This document shows, piece after piece, positions 30,317 to 41,023 of a stretch of 64,000 nt of DNA. The DNA lies in the NCBI GenBank assembly GCA_965116875.1, contig OZ220733.1:4608001-4672000 (forward strand). The letters run 5' to 3'. A program made the position numbers and the translations under genes. This stretch comes from Candidatus Latescibacterota bacterium (GTDB lineage: Bacteria; Latescibacterota; UBA2968; GCA-2709665). Under the pieces are notes generated by a model. The model saw nothing but the letters and a program-made list of their open reading frames with translations. It ran no database searches and was not told the origin of the DNA. How positions within the stretch are numbered: the stretch's first letter is position 1; every line of letters starts with the position of its first letter.

Positions 30317-30403
30317 AGGTCGGGTAACCTCAAGCGGAATATGGCGGGCAGGCACCGGGAAATTCCCGTGAGCCGTGCCGCATGTTTCGCCTTTTTTTCA
30401 TTC

Positions 30404-30838
30404 ATGCGCAATGGAATCCGAATTCTCGCGGTAGACTACGGCCGGCGGCGTGTGGGGTTGGCGGTTTCCGACGAACTGGGATTGGCCGCGCGCGGACTGC
30501 CGACTGTACGGGAGGAATCACGACGTTCCGCCATCGATTCCGTGGCTCAGGTGGCCGCGGAAGTCGGGGCAGGGCAGCTTCTCGTGGGTCTGCCGCTCAA
30601 TATGGACGGCAGCAGGGGTCCCATGGCCGAAGCGGCCGAATCGTTCGCCGCCGCGTTGAATCGTACGACCGGCCTGCCTGTTCGCCTCTGGGATGAGCGG
30701 CTTACCACGGTTGCAGCGCGCCGCACGTTGCGCGAGACCGGTCTCAGGGAACGAAACAAAGAGGGAACTCTGGATCGAATGGCTGCGGTCTTACTCCTGA
30801 ACAACTACCTGCATGCGCAGGATTCGGCGGAACCCTGA
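30404..30838 (+). CDS. ruvX: YqgF/RuvX family nuclease (pre-16S rRNA maturation)
   Basis: ILAVDYGRRRVGLAVSD, VGLPLNMDG, WDERLTT and DRMAA. Confidence 0.95.
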   Translation: MRNGIRILAVDYGRRRVGLAVSDELGLAARGLPTVREESRRSAIDSVAQVAAEVGAGQLLVGLPLNMDGSRGPMAEAAESFAAALNRTTGLPVRLWDERLTTVAARRTLRETGLRERNKEGTLDRMAAVLLLNNYLHAQDSAEP

Positions 30839-31929
30839 TGCGGCCCCGGGACAAACACAGCCTTGCGTCGAGCGAGTCGGATGGCCACCGGTCCAGGCAA
30901 CCGTACAGAACCGGGGCGACGATTGTTCGCTCCATATTCGCGCTCTTCGGCGTTGGCGTTGCAGGCCTGATGCTGGTGATTCTTACCTTGAACCGGCCCA
31001 CGGGATCCGGAGCAAAGGATGTGGTCATCCCGAAGGGAATGACGGTAATGCAGATCGGAGAGTTGCTGCACCGGGAAGGAGTAATCAGAAGTCCCCGGCT
31101 ACTGGTCCTGTTATCACTGTTCGACGGAACCAGCAGACGCCTCAAGGCCGGCATACATCGGTTCCCCGAAAACCTGAGTACGTGGGAAGTTCTCGAAAAC
31201 CTCGGCTTTTCGAGTGACGAGTTCCGGAGTGTGACCCTCCCTGAAGGTATGACCCTCGCCCGGACCCTCTCGCTCCTGGCGGCGGAACTGAATCTGGACA
31301 TCGAGAAAATGCGTCGACTCGCGTCCGATCCGGGTTATTGCCGCAGGTTGGGTGTCGCCGCGGAAAACCTTGAAGGGTACCTGTTTCCGGAAACATATCA
31401 GATTCCGCTGGCTATGGGCGAAGAGCAGGTTATCCGTTTGCTGGTACGGCATTTCTTCACGGTTTTTGACAGCAAAATGGCGGAACAAGCGCGTCAAATG
31501 GATCTTTCCGTGCATGAAGTCGTCACGCTTGCATCCATCATTGAAGGAGAAGCGCTGCTGGACAGGGAACGCGCGACGATCTCAGCGGTGTATCACAACC
31601 GGCTCAGGCAAGAAATGTACCTGCAGGCCGATCCCACGGTTCAATATGTCATCGAGAACGGACCCCGCAGGCTGTTTTACAGGGACTACAAGATCGACTC
31701 TCCCTACAACACCTATCGCCACCGCGGGCTGCCGCCGGGTCCGGTGATGAACCCGGGGGCCGCGTCGCTGAGGGCGGCGCTTTACCCTGCGGACGTCAAC
31801 TATCTCTATTTCGTGGCGAAGGGAGACGGGTCGCACGTGTTCAGCAGAACCGCAAGCGAACACAATGAAGCGAAGCGAAAGACCAGATTGGCCAGAAGAC
31901 GCAGCTGGCGGAGGTCGGGGACGCGTTGA
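30838..31929 (+). CDS. mltG: Endolytic transglycosylase MltG
   Basis: N-terminal TM segment, EGYLFPETY, ASIIEGE, LQADPT and SPYNTY..GLPPGP. Confidence 0.95.
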   Translation: MRPRDKHSLASSESDGHRSRQPYRTGATIVRSIFALFGVGVAGLMLVILTLNRPTGSGAKDVVIPKGMTVMQIGELLHREGVIRSPRLLVLLSLFDGTSRRLKAGIHRFPENLSTWEVLENLGFSSDEFRSVTLPEGMTLARTLSLLAAELNLDIEKMRRLASDPGYCRRLGVAAENLEGYLFPETYQIPLAMGEEQVIRLLVRHFFTVFDSKMAEQARQMDLSVHEVVTLASIIEGEALLDRERATISAVYHNRLRQEMYLQADPTVQYVIENGPRRLFYRDYKIDSPYNTYRHRGLPPGPVMNPGAASLRAALYPADVNYLYFVAKGDGSHVFSRTASEHNEAKRKTRLARRRSWRRSGTR

Positions 31930-34181
31930 AAACGGATACCGGGAGAATGCTCGCGATACTGGACAGTCTGAACGAACAGCAGCGGGAGGCGGTGTGCACT
32001 GTGGAACGACCGGTCCTGGTGCTGGCGGGGGCCGGATCCGGCAAGACGCGTGTGCTCACCCACCGACTTGCATACCTGATTGAGGCCTGCGGCGTCCATC
32101 CGGGCGCGATCCTGGCCATGACGTTCACCAACAAGGCTGCGGGTGAGATGAATGGGCGCGTGGAAAAACTGTTGAACCGCAACACCGGGGGCATGTGGCT
32201 GGGGACGTTCCACTCCCTGTGTGCGCGCATCCTGCGGAGGGAGTCCGGGTCCGCCGGCCTGGACTCCAATTTTGCAATTTACGACGCGGCAGATCAGCTT
32301 GCGTTGTTGCGACAGGTGATTCGGGATCAGGAGATATCCGAGCGACAATTTCCTCCAAGGCGGGTTCGCGCCCGGATCAGTTCCGAGAAAAGCCGGATGG
32401 TCGACCCGGTCTCTTTCGCCAACCGCGCCGGTTCCTTTAACGAGCAGCAGGTCGCCCGGATCTACCGGCAGTACCAATCAGCGCTGCAACAGAATAACGC
32501 GGTGGATTTCGACGATCTGCTGATGTTGACCGTGCAGGTCTTTCGGGACGATCCGGAAGTCCTGACACGGTACCGGAACCGGTTTGAACACTGTCTGATC
32601 GACGAGTATCAGGATACCAACCGGCCGCAGTACCTCTTTGCGCGTATGCTGGCGGAGGAACACGGCCGCATCTTCGTGGTTGGCGACGACGACCAGAGCA
32701 TCTATGCCTGGCGTGGCGCGGACCTGGGAAATATCCTGAATTTCGAGCGGGATTTTCCGGATGCATGCGTCATCCGTCTCGAGCAGAACTACAGGTCGTC
32801 ACAGGTGATTCTCGACGCGGGAAACGCGGTGATTCGCAACAATCTCGGGCGGAAGGGGAAAGAACTCTGGACGAATCGGGATCGCGGAGAACCGATTCAG
32901 TTGTTTCGATGCTCGGACGAAGGGGACGAGGCCCGGCGGATCGCTCGTGAATTGAAGCGATTGAGAACGCAATACAACTACGGTGAAATCGCCGTATTGT
33001 ATCGAACGAACGCGCAATCCCGTGCACTGGAAGACGGGCTGCGATACCGGGCGATTCCGTACGTGATCGTGGGGGGCGTTCGATTCTACGAACGCCAGGA
33101 AGTCAAGGATGTGCTCGCTTACCTGAGGCTGATCGTGAATCCCAGCGATTCAGTCAGTCTTTACCGGATTGTCAATACACCGCGCCGCGGAATCGGCCAG
33201 ACCTCGCTCGAAAAACTGGTTTCCTTCGCAACGGGCGAGGGCATTGCACCCTACGAAGCGTTGTCTCGCGCCAATGCCGTCGACGGCCTGACCGCACGCG
33301 CGAGACGCGCGATGGTTGAGTTTCACGGCATGATCGAAGGGTTCCGGAGCCGGCTGGAGGTTGATTCTGCCCACCTTCTGGCGGCCAACGTCGTCGAGGA
33401 GACCGGATATCTGCAGACACTTGAGGATTTGACGCCGGCCGAGACCGTCTCCCGCTCAGAGAACGTGCAGGAACTGCTGGTGGCCATCGAGGATTTCGCG
33501 CAACGCTCGGACACCCCGTCGCTGTCGGCATTTCTGCGGGAGGTCGCGCTGGTCACCGACGTCGACCAGTGGCGCGAAGAGGCCGATGCCGTGACGCTGA
33601 TGACGCTGCACAGCGCCAAGGGGCTTGAGTTTCCTGCGGTGTTTATTGCGGGTCTGGAAGAAGGCTTGTTCCCTATTCTGCGGGATCAGGACGATCCGGT
33701 TGCCGAAGACGCGGCCGTGGAGGAGGAACGGCGGCTGTTCTACGTGGGCGTCACGAGAGCGCAGGACCGGCTCCATTTGACCTGCGCCCAGCAGCGCCGG
33801 CGTTACGGAGGAGCGACGGTCAATGCCGAATCCAGATTCCTGCGGGAGATACCGGATGGTCTGATCGTTCGTGACGGAGCCGTTCGAGAGGTTTCTCAGA
33901 CATCAAGGTCGACGAAGAGACTGAATGACCACGGCCCTGTCCCCGTCGAGGCGGGCGCCGTCGTTCAGGAGGTTTCGCCGGCATCCAGGCCCACGGACGA
34001 ATTGAATGTCGACGACCCGTTCCCCCTGGAAGCGGGCGCCGCCGTTCTCCATCCTACCTGGGGACGGGGGCACATTCTGGACCGGACGGGAAGCGGTCCC
34101 GATACGAAAATCACGGTTTCCTTTCAGAATGGTATCACAAAAAAGGTGGTCGTCCGTTTCGCCGGACTCCAACCGGGATGA
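31926..34181 (+). CDS. pcrA: UvrD/PcrA ATP-dependent DNA helicase
   Basis: AGAGSGKT, TFTNKAA, DEYQDTN, GDDDQSIY, EEERRLFYV and C-terminal Tudor-like domain; start TTG 31926 or ATG 31947. Confidence 0.96.
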   Translation: MKTDTGRMLAILDSLNEQQREAVCTVERPVLVLAGAGSGKTRVLTHRLAYLIEACGVHPGAILAMTFTNKAAGEMNGRVEKLLNRNTGGMWLGTFHSLCARILRRESGSAGLDSNFAIYDAADQLALLRQVIRDQEISERQFPPRRVRARISSEKSRMVDPVSFANRAGSFNEQQVARIYRQYQSALQQNNAVDFDDLLMLTVQVFRDDPEVLTRYRNRFEHCLIDEYQDTNRPQYLFARMLAEEHGRIFVVGDDDQSIYAWRGADLGNILNFERDFPDACVIRLEQNYRSSQVILDAGNAVIRNNLGRKGKELWTNRDRGEPIQLFRCSDEGDEARRIARELKRLRTQYNYGEIAVLYRTNAQSRALEDGLRYRAIPYVIVGGVRFYERQEVKDVLAYLRLIVNPSDSVSLYRIVNTPRRGIGQTSLEKLVSFATGEGIAPYEALSRANAVDGLTARARRAMVEFHGMIEGFRSRLEVDSAHLLAANVVEETGYLQTLEDLTPAETVSRSENVQELLVAIEDFAQRSDTPSLSAFLREVALVTDVDQWREEADAVTLMTLHSAKGLEFPAVFIAGLEEGLFPILRDQDDPVAEDAAVEEERRLFYVGVTRAQDRLHLTCAQQRRRYGGATVNAESRFLREIPDGLIVRDGAVREVSQTSRSTKRLNDHGPVPVEAGAVVQEVSPASRPTDELNVDDPFPLEAGAAVLHPTWGRGHILDRTGSGPDTKITVSFQNGITKKVVVRFAGLQPG

Positions 34182-34230
34182 CTCTGAGTCGTACGGACGT
34201 CCGGCAGGGCGCCTCCATTGCCAGAATCTT

Positions 34231-34260
34231 CTTGATTTCGTGTCTGATTTGGCACATATT
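34231..34260 (+). promoter_or_regulatory. Putative sigma70 promoter of the gatC-pyrG-lpt run
   Basis: TTGATT-17 nt-CATATT. Confidence 0.45.
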
Positions 34261-34313
34261 AGCATCACAGTGAAGTCCGGATGTAACCTCAATCCATTTT
34301 CATGGGTTTTTTT

Positions 34314-34601
34314 GTGTCAATTACGCAGGAAGACGTCCGAAAGGTTGCGCAACTTGCCCGGCTGAGGTTCGACGCGGCTGAGGAAAGACGGCTGGTGGCC
34401 GACCTGAATCAGATGCTCGACTATGCGGCTGCTCTCGAGAAACTGAACACGACCGCCGTTGAGCCAACGTCCCATGTACTGCCGGTCAGTAACGTGTTTC
34501 GCGAGGATACGCCCGTTGCATCTCTGTCGCAGGCGGAGGCGCTTTCGAATGCGCCGAGTTCAGGTTACGGGCATTTCAGGGTTCCGAAAGTCATCGAATA
34601 G
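34314..34601 (+). CDS. gatC: Asp/Glu-tRNA amidotransferase subunit C
   Basis: VRKVAQLARL, VEPTSH, NVFRED, NAP and FRVPKVIE. Confidence 0.95.
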   Translation: MSITQEDVRKVAQLARLRFDAAEERRLVADLNQMLDYAAALEKLNTTAVEPTSHVLPVSNVFREDTPVASLSQAEALSNAPSSGYGHFRVPKVIE

Positions 34602-34658
34602 GACTCGGCGGCGGGTTTGTCAACGCCGCCGTTGCTTTGTGGGGCACGTGGAGGACGG

Positions 34659-36446
34659 ATGGTCAAGCGGAGAGATTACAACGGACCCAAATACATCGTC
34701 GTCGCCGGTGGTGTCATGAGCGGTGTGGGCAAGGGCCTGGCCACGGCGTCCATCGGAAAAATTCTGCAGCAGCACGGATACAAGGCAACGGGCATAAAAA
34801 TCGATCCATACCTCAATTACGACGCAGGTACCCTGCGTCCGACGGAACACGGAGAGGTGTGGGTAACCGACGACGGCGGCGAAATCGATCTCGACCTCGG
34901 GAACTACGAGAGATTCCTGGGAATCGATCTTCCGCGGACCAACAACCTGACCACCGGACAGATCTACCATACCGTGATCGAGCGGGAACGTCGCGGAGAA
35001 TATCTGGGTAAGACCGTTCAGCCGATTCCCCATATCACCGATGAAATCAAACAGCGAATTACGGATTCAGCGAAGGGATTCGATATCGCGCTGGTAGAGA
35101 TTGGCGGAACGATCGGCGACGATGAAAACCGGCCCTTTCTGTTTGCAATGAAGAGCCTCGAGCGGGAAGTCGGCGAGGAAAACGTCATCTACGTGCTGGT
35201 CACCTACCTTCCGGTACCCGGCCACGTAGGGGAGATGAAAACCAAGCCCACTCAGCATGCGATCCGGTCTTTGAGCGAGAACGGGATATTCGCGGACTTT
35301 ATCATTTGCCGCGCCGTGGAAGCACTGGACGACGTGCGGAAGCGAAAAATCGAGATCTCGGCGAATATCTCGGCGGACCGGATTATTTCGGCGCCCGACG
35401 TCGACAGCATTTATCAGGTACCGCTGGAATATGAAAAGGACCGATTGGGCGAGAAGATACTCGATGAGTTGGGCCTGGCTCCGAAAAATACGCCGGACTG
35501 GAATCGCTGGTGTGAACTGCTTGAAATGATTCGTGCTCCCAGGGAACGCGTGCGCGTGGCCATGGTGGGCAAATACGTGGGAATCGGGGACTATGAATTC
35601 CAGGATTCATATATCTCCGTCAATCAGTCACTGGAACACGCCGGCGCACTGTTGGATACGAAGGTTGAGATCGACTGGATCGACTCCACCCGCCTCGAGC
35701 ACCACGACGTCGAGGAGGTGCTTGACGGATATCACGGCATTATCGTACCGGGAGCCTTTGGGGAAGGGGGCGCTGAGGGCGCTATAAATGCCGTTCGCTA
35801 CGCCAGGGAGAATCAGGTCCCGTTCCTTGGCCTGTGCTACGGGCTGCAGATGGTCGTGGTTGAATACTCCCGCAGCGTCGCCGGATTGGGGGACGCGAAC
35901 TCCGTCGAGATGGATCCCGATACACCCCACGCGGTAATCGATATCCAGTACGCGCAGCGGCAGATCATCGAAGAAAACCGGTACGGCGGTACAATGAGGC
36001 TGGGAGGGTACGCCGCCGTATTGAGACGGGAATCCCGTGTACTGGATCTCTACGAACAAACCGGCCGGCTGGAGGAGGATTCATGGAGAATCCAGCAACT
36101 GCGGCAGCTTCCCGATCAGATGTTCAGGTGTGGTGTGATCCTGCCCAGCGAGAATGCAGTGGTTGAGCGGCATCGGCACCGTTATGAAGTCGCCCCAAAA
36201 TACGTGGACCTGTTGGAGGAGTACGGGCTGGTGTTTTCAGGATTCCATCGCAGGGAAGACGGCACCAAGTTGATGGAATTCGTGGAACTGCCCAATCATC
36301 CATATTTCATTGCAACCCAGTCACATCCGGAATTCAAGTCCCGGCTGGAACGTCCAGCGCCCCTGTTTTACGGCCTCATCAACGCGTCCATTCGCTATAC
36401 CGGAGCGGGCCGGGAGGATTCCTTGCAGATCGAGTTGGAGACATGA
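34659..36446 (+). CDS. pyrG: CTP synthase
   Basis: GGVMSGVGKG, KIDPYLN, KTKPTQ, LGLCYG, ERHRHRYE and HPEF. Confidence 0.97.
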   Translation: MVKRRDYNGPKYIVVAGGVMSGVGKGLATASIGKILQQHGYKATGIKIDPYLNYDAGTLRPTEHGEVWVTDDGGEIDLDLGNYERFLGIDLPRTNNLTTGQIYHTVIERERRGEYLGKTVQPIPHITDEIKQRITDSAKGFDIALVEIGGTIGDDENRPFLFAMKSLEREVGEENVIYVLVTYLPVPGHVGEMKTKPTQHAIRSLSENGIFADFIICRAVEALDDVRKRKIEISANISADRIISAPDVDSIYQVPLEYEKDRLGEKILDELGLAPKNTPDWNRWCELLEMIRAPRERVRVAMVGKYVGIGDYEFQDSYISVNQSLEHAGALLDTKVEIDWIDSTRLEHHDVEEVLDGYHGIIVPGAFGEGGAEGAINAVRYARENQVPFLGLCYGLQMVVVEYSRSVAGLGDANSVEMDPDTPHAVIDIQYAQRQIIEENRYGGTMRLGGYAAVLRRESRVLDLYEQTGRLEEDSWRIQQLRQLPDQMFRCGVILPSENAVVERHRHRYEVAPKYVDLLEEYGLVFSGFHRREDGTKLMEFVELPNHPYFIATQSHPEFKSRLERPAPLFYGLINASIRYTGAGREDSLQIELET

Positions 36447-37009
36447 AGCCGGGCCGAACGTCACCGGTTTCGTATTCGTACAGGGTTTGCCTGTTCTTTT
36501 TACTCGCGGCAGGCTGTTCGCCGTCGTCCGGGCCCCCATCCAATCAGGCTGCCGTCCCAACACCTCCGGACCAGGAGGCATGGGGATGGAACACGGTTGT
36601 TACGCGGAACGGCCGCAAACGCGCCGAAGTCACGGCTGGACATTACAGGAAATTCGATCGGACATTTACAGGCCTCCTCGATAGCGGTGTGACTGTTTCC
36701 TTTTTCAACGGTTCCGGGCGGAAGCGAGTGTCGGAATTGACGGCGCGACAGGCGGAGATTCACGAAGAATCCGGGGATATGGTGGTCATCGGAGACGTGG
36801 TCGTGATCGCTGCCAACGGAACCCGCATGGAGACCGATACACTACGCTGGAACCGCGAGACCGAAATGATTACGGGAAACGGGCGGATGACCCTCCGGCG
36901 GCCCGATGGCGAGGAAACCGGTGAAGGGTTCGAGGCATCTTCAGATCTCACGTGGTGGAGGATGCGTCAGGTTTCAACGCGACTGGGCGGGGCGGATTCC
37001 CTCCGGTAA
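36443..37009 (+). CDS. lptC: LPS export periplasmic protein LptC
   Basis: Lipobox-like AAGC, beta-jellyroll pattern (TDTLRWN, GEGFEA); upstream of lptA/lptB. Confidence 0.8.
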   Translation: MKPGRTSPVSYSYRVCLFFLLAAGCSPSSGPPSNQAAVPTPPDQEAWGWNTVVTRNGRKRAEVTAGHYRKFDRTFTGLLDSGVTVSFFNGSGRKRVSELTARQAEIHEESGDMVVIGDVVVIAANGTRMETDTLRWNRETEMITGNGRMTLRRPDGEETGEGFEASSDLTWWRMRQVSTRLGGADSLR

Positions 37010-37050
37010 CTTTCTGTCTACCTGCAATCGTCGCCTTTCCTTCCTCTTGT

Positions 37051-38376
37051 ATGTTCTTCTCCCGGCTTTTACTGTGGTGTCTTCAGGCGGCGGCACATCC
37101 TGTTGACGCAACAGAACTGATCCGTGCCGACCGTAGCGAAACCATTCTGCGGGATGCGGGCGTTTTGCGGATTGAAGCGGGCGGCGTATCCTACCGGAAC
37201 ACGGAACGTGCGTTCAGCGTGAATGCGGATTCGGCGCGCCTGTGGATTCCCCATGGCGCACTGTCGCGGGCGAGGTTCTTTGGCCGGGTTACATATCGGG
37301 ATTCCGCCAGAACGCTGGTAGCCGATGCCCTGACGTATCATCCTCGAAGCGAACTGGCCAGCTTTCGGGGCGGAGTTCGGGTCATTGAACAGGACCGGCT
37401 GCTTTATGCCAGGCGCGTGACGTACCGAAAAATGGCAAACCTGCTGGAGGCCGAGGGCGCAGTTACACTGATCTACAGCCGGAAACGGATTTCGTTTCGT
37501 GCACCTGCAATGACGTATCACGTGCTGGCGGACTCAGGTTCCGGATCGGGCGGCGTTCAGGCCGTACGCGTACCCGAAACACCGGAAGATTCGCTAGACG
37601 TTCGCGCGGATTCGATGCGTTTCGCCGATCTTGGGGATCGCCTGCGATTTTCAGGCCGGGTCCGCATGGAACACGCCGGGATGCGGGCACGGGCTCCGCG
37701 TGGACGCTATTTCAGGCCGGCGGACAGGCTGGAGCTGGGCGGCGGGACTTCCGCTGCGTGGATCCAGAACAATGCAACGCGGGCCGACTCGGTGACATCG
37801 AACGCCGAACGGATGCACGTGCACGGCGCGGGTGGCAATTTGCTGGAAAAAGTCGTCCTGATCGGCGCCGCACGGCTGCAAAAGCGGGCGGTGCTGGCGG
37901 AAATGAAAGGCGGGCAGGAGGTTCAGGCCGATTCGGTTGTGCTGGGCATGGCAGAGGGCCGGATCGTCACGATCGATGCGTCCGGGGAGGCTTCAGCGAC
38001 GTTGACCACGCGCGATGGCGCCAGCGTGGACCTCAGGGGCGGTCGAATCTGCATGGACCTTGTGGACGGGAACCTGGACAGCCTGACGGTTCAAGAGGAG
38101 GGCATCGGTGCGTATGTCTCGTCGGATAGCACTGCGGTCAGTCGGATTTCGGGCGGTTCAATTGCGATTGGCTTCGAAGAAGGTGCCGTACGTGAGGTCC
38201 TGATCACGGAAACTGCCCGGTGCACCCATCGATCTGAAACCGAAAAGACCGGAGATATCCGGCTTTCGGGCGACTCCGTGAAACTGACGTTCGACGGCGG
38301 CAGGCTCACTGACGTTCACGCGGAGGGAGGGGTTCGCGGCCGATACAAGCCGGCGGAATCCGGAGATTCGCAGTGA
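37051..38376 (+). CDS. Long OstA/LptA-like repeated beta-jellyroll protein
   Basis: Repeated ADS-x-(GxV) jellyroll units; lies between lptC and lptB; start uncertain. Confidence 0.75.
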   Translation: MFFSRLLLWCLQAAAHPVDATELIRADRSETILRDAGVLRIEAGGVSYRNTERAFSVNADSARLWIPHGALSRARFFGRVTYRDSARTLVADALTYHPRSELASFRGGVRVIEQDRLLYARRVTYRKMANLLEAEGAVTLIYSRKRISFRAPAMTYHVLADSGSGSGGVQAVRVPETPEDSLDVRADSMRFADLGDRLRFSGRVRMEHAGMRARAPRGRYFRPADRLELGGGTSAAWIQNNATRADSVTSNAERMHVHGAGGNLLEKVVLIGAARLQKRAVLAEMKGGQEVQADSVVLGMAEGRIVTIDASGEASATLTTRDGASVDLRGGRICMDLVDGNLDSLTVQEEGIGAYVSSDSTAVSRISGGSIAIGFEEGAVREVLITETARCTHRSETEKTGDIRLSGDSVKLTFDGGRLTDVHAEGGVRGRYKPAESGDSQ

Positions 38377-39095
38377 TACTGAGGACACGAGACCTGGTTA
38401 AAGCATACCAGCGCCGGCGGGTGGTGGACGGCGTTTGCCTCGAGGTGAATCCGGGAGAGGTGGTGGGTCTTCTGGGTCCGAATGGCGCCGGAAAAACGAC
38501 CACGTTTCACCTGATTGTGGGCCTGATTCCGTGCAAGCAGGGCGAGATTTTCCTCGGAGACGAGGAAATAACAGGTATGCCGATGTACGTTCGGGCACGG
38601 AAAGGCATCGGCTATCTGGCCCAGGAACCCTCCGTTTTCAGAAAACTGACCGTGAAGCAAAATATCCTCGCTGTGCTGGAAACCCTTCATCTGTCACGCA
38701 TGGAACAGGAGGCCCGTTTGGAGGCGCTTCTGGACGAACTGGGACTCACGAGTCTCGCGACTCGCAGGGCGGACGGACTTTCGGGCGGTGAAGCCCGCAG
38801 ACTGGAGATTACGCGCGCGCTGGCAAGGCGTCCCCGATTCCTCCTGCTTGACGAGCCCTTTGCCGGCATCGATCCAAAGGCCGTCGAAGATATCCAGGCC
38901 ATCGTCCGCGCGCTGAAAGACCGGCGTATCGGACTCCTCATTACGGATCACAATGTTCGCGAAACCCTGGCGATTACCGACAGATCCTATATTCTCTCCG
39001 ACGGAAAGATCCTGACCTCCGGCAGCCCGACTGAACTGGCGGAAAATCCGGAAGTGCGGCGCGTTTACCTTGGGGACAGATTTCGATTGGACTGA
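38373..39095 (+). CDS. lptB: LPS export ABC transporter ATPase
   Basis: [32 protein letters not shown] and ITDHNVRET. Confidence 0.97.
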   Translation: MILRTRDLVKAYQRRRVVDGVCLEVNPGEVVGLLGPNGAGKTTTFHLIVGLIPCKQGEIFLGDEEITGMPMYVRARKGIGYLAQEPSVFRKLTVKQNILAVLETLHLSRMEQEARLEALLDELGLTSLATRRADGLSGGEARRLEITRALARRPRFLLLDEPFAGIDPKAVEDIQAIVRALKDRRIGLLITDHNVRETLAITDRSYILSDGKILTSGSPTELAENPEVRRVYLGDRFRLD

Positions 39096-39325
39096 CCCGA
39101 GATAGGGATTGTCACCCGGTTCTGTTTTCCTTATTATTTCCACGAAGTGGATGGAATGGCGAACACGGGTTGAACGGACAATGACGCCTTTCCATCGGGC
39201 ATTGTCCATGTCAAACTCAACCTGATGAAATGCGGCTTGACGGCATTTCCCTTTCGCGCGATTAACCCGCCGAAGGTTCCGCCCGGTCCCCATTCGTACG
39301 TCTTTCATGGGATCCGTAAAGGCCT

Positions 39326-40795
39326 ATGATTCAACTGACCCAGACCGTTTCCCTCCAGCAGAAGCTGGCGCCACAGCTCATTCAGTCGTTGCGGCTGCTG
39401 CAGATGCCCTCGCTCGAACTGGAACAGCTGATTCAGCAGGAGTTACAGACCAATCCACTCCTGGAGGTATCGGAAGAGACAGGTCGCGAAGACGAGGAAT
39501 GGGGGATGGAGTCGGAAGGCGCGGAATCGGTCGATATCGATGCCGGGCGGAAGGAAGCTGACGATACGGATCCGCCGGACCTGGAATTTGACGAGACGGC
39601 ATCGGCCGACGGACGGATGGACGAGAATCAGTGGAACGAGTTCCTGAACGATGCCGGGTATACCGTGCCGAGGCATGAGTTCGATCCCAATGCGGAAGAG
39701 TGGGAGTACGACGGTCCCGGGCAGGAATCATTGGAGGCCGAACTGCGCGCCCAGCTCTCGCTTACGGATCTGGACGCCGGTGAACGGAAGATCGGCGAGT
39801 ACATCATCGGCAACATCGACGAAGACGGCTTCTTGCAGGCACAGATTGAGGATATCGTCGCGGTTCTTGGGTGTGAGCCGGAATCCGTGGAGCGGATCCT
39901 GGAGGTGATCCAGACGTTCGATCCGCCAGGCGTGGGCGCAAGGGATCTCCAGGAGTGCCTGGCGATCCAGCTTCGTGAGCAGGGGCTGGAGGATTCTCTT
40001 GCAATGGGCATCGTACGGGGCTATTGGGACGATCTGGTGAACCGTCGGTATATGAAGATCGGTCGGGCACTCGGCGTGGACCGGGCGGCGATTGCCCACG
40101 CCGAAAGCGTGATATCGGGCCTTAACCCCAAGCCGATGATTTACAGGGAAAGCCGTATCAATCACAATCTGGTTGTGCCCGATCTCGAGGTACAGAAGGT
40201 GGGCGACGAGTATGTCGTATCGCTGATCGACCGCAATCTTCCTGTCCTGCGGGTCAGCCCCGCATACAGAACGCTGCTCAGCAAGTCCGGAGAACCCGGG
40301 AGTCAGGCCAGGAAATTCGTCGTGGATCGCCTCAATTCCGCCCGCTGGTTCATCAGCGCGATTAACCAGCGCCGCACGACAATGCTGAAGGTCATGCGGT
40401 GTATTGTCGACAATCAACGCGCATTCTTCGACAAGGGAGTTGGCTTTCTCAAACCCATGGTGCTTCAGGAGGTCGCGGACCGGGTGGATATGCACGTTTC
40501 AACGATCAGCCGGGTGAGCAACGGGAAATACGTGCAGACGCCGCACGGTGTGTTCGAATTGAAATACTTCTTCGACGGCGGACTGGCCCGCAGCGATGGC
40601 GAAGACATCGCCGCAAGGAGCGTAAAACAGAAGATCTCCAGGTTGATTGCGGAGGAGAACACCAGAAAGCCTTTGAGTGATCAGAAAATCGCTGATTTGC
40701 TGAAAAGTGAAGGTATCGCCATTGCCCGCCGTACGGTTGCCAAGTATAGAGATCAGTTGAATATCAATCCCGCCAGGTACAGGAAGTCAATCTGA
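39326..40795 (+). CDS. rpoN: RNA polymerase sigma-54 factor
   Basis: Q-rich region I, PPGVGARDLQECL, HVSTISR HTH and RpoN box ARRTVAKYR. Confidence 0.98.
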   Translation: MIQLTQTVSLQQKLAPQLIQSLRLLQMPSLELEQLIQQELQTNPLLEVSEETGREDEEWGMESEGAESVDIDAGRKEADDTDPPDLEFDETASADGRMDENQWNEFLNDAGYTVPRHEFDPNAEEWEYDGPGQESLEAELRAQLSLTDLDAGERKIGEYIIGNIDEDGFLQAQIEDIVAVLGCEPESVERILEVIQTFDPPGVGARDLQECLAIQLREQGLEDSLAMGIVRGYWDDLVNRRYMKIGRALGVDRAAIAHAESVISGLNPKPMIYRESRINHNLVVPDLEVQKVGDEYVVSLIDRNLPVLRVSPAYRTLLSKSGEPGSQARKFVVDRLNSARWFISAINQRRTTMLKVMRCIVDNQRAFFDKGVGFLKPMVLQEVADRVDMHVSTISRVSNGKYVQTPHGVFELKYFFDGGLARSDGEDIAARSVKQKISRLIAEENTRKPLSDQKIADLLKSEGIAIARRTVAKYRDQLNINPARYRKSI

Positions 40796-41023
40796 GAAGC
40801 TGTCTGAAAATTACCGGTGGGTTCCCGAGCGGGAGCGAAAAATGGCGGTTATGAGGCGCGAGGGGCGCGCAGCGCCGGCGGGAAAATCCGCTGATGTGAG
40901 GCGAGCAAGCGCAGCTTCGATCTCGTAGGACGGGTGGGTTCGACCAACGCCGACCGGCCTGCCTGCAGCGCAGTACGCTGCGCAGGCAGGCGCGAAGACC
41001 GCTTGGGATTTTAATACAGTTTC
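40796..41023. mobile_element. MITE-like element, family B (228 bp)
   Basis: Imperfect TIRs gaagctgtctgaaaa / ttttaatacagtttc; TGA direct repeat on both sides (40793-95 = rpoN stop, 41024-26); partial second copy at 1104. Confidence 0.75.

Noticed and set aside
28300-30340. Genomic island at tRNA-Arg (also considered at tRNA-Gly)
   Set aside because: No integrase, no duplicated tRNA 3' end found, no compositional shift
34250-34264. Sigma54 box tggcacatattagc before gatC
   Set aside because: GG-to-GC spacing is 9 nt rather than 10; better explained as a sigma70 -10 region
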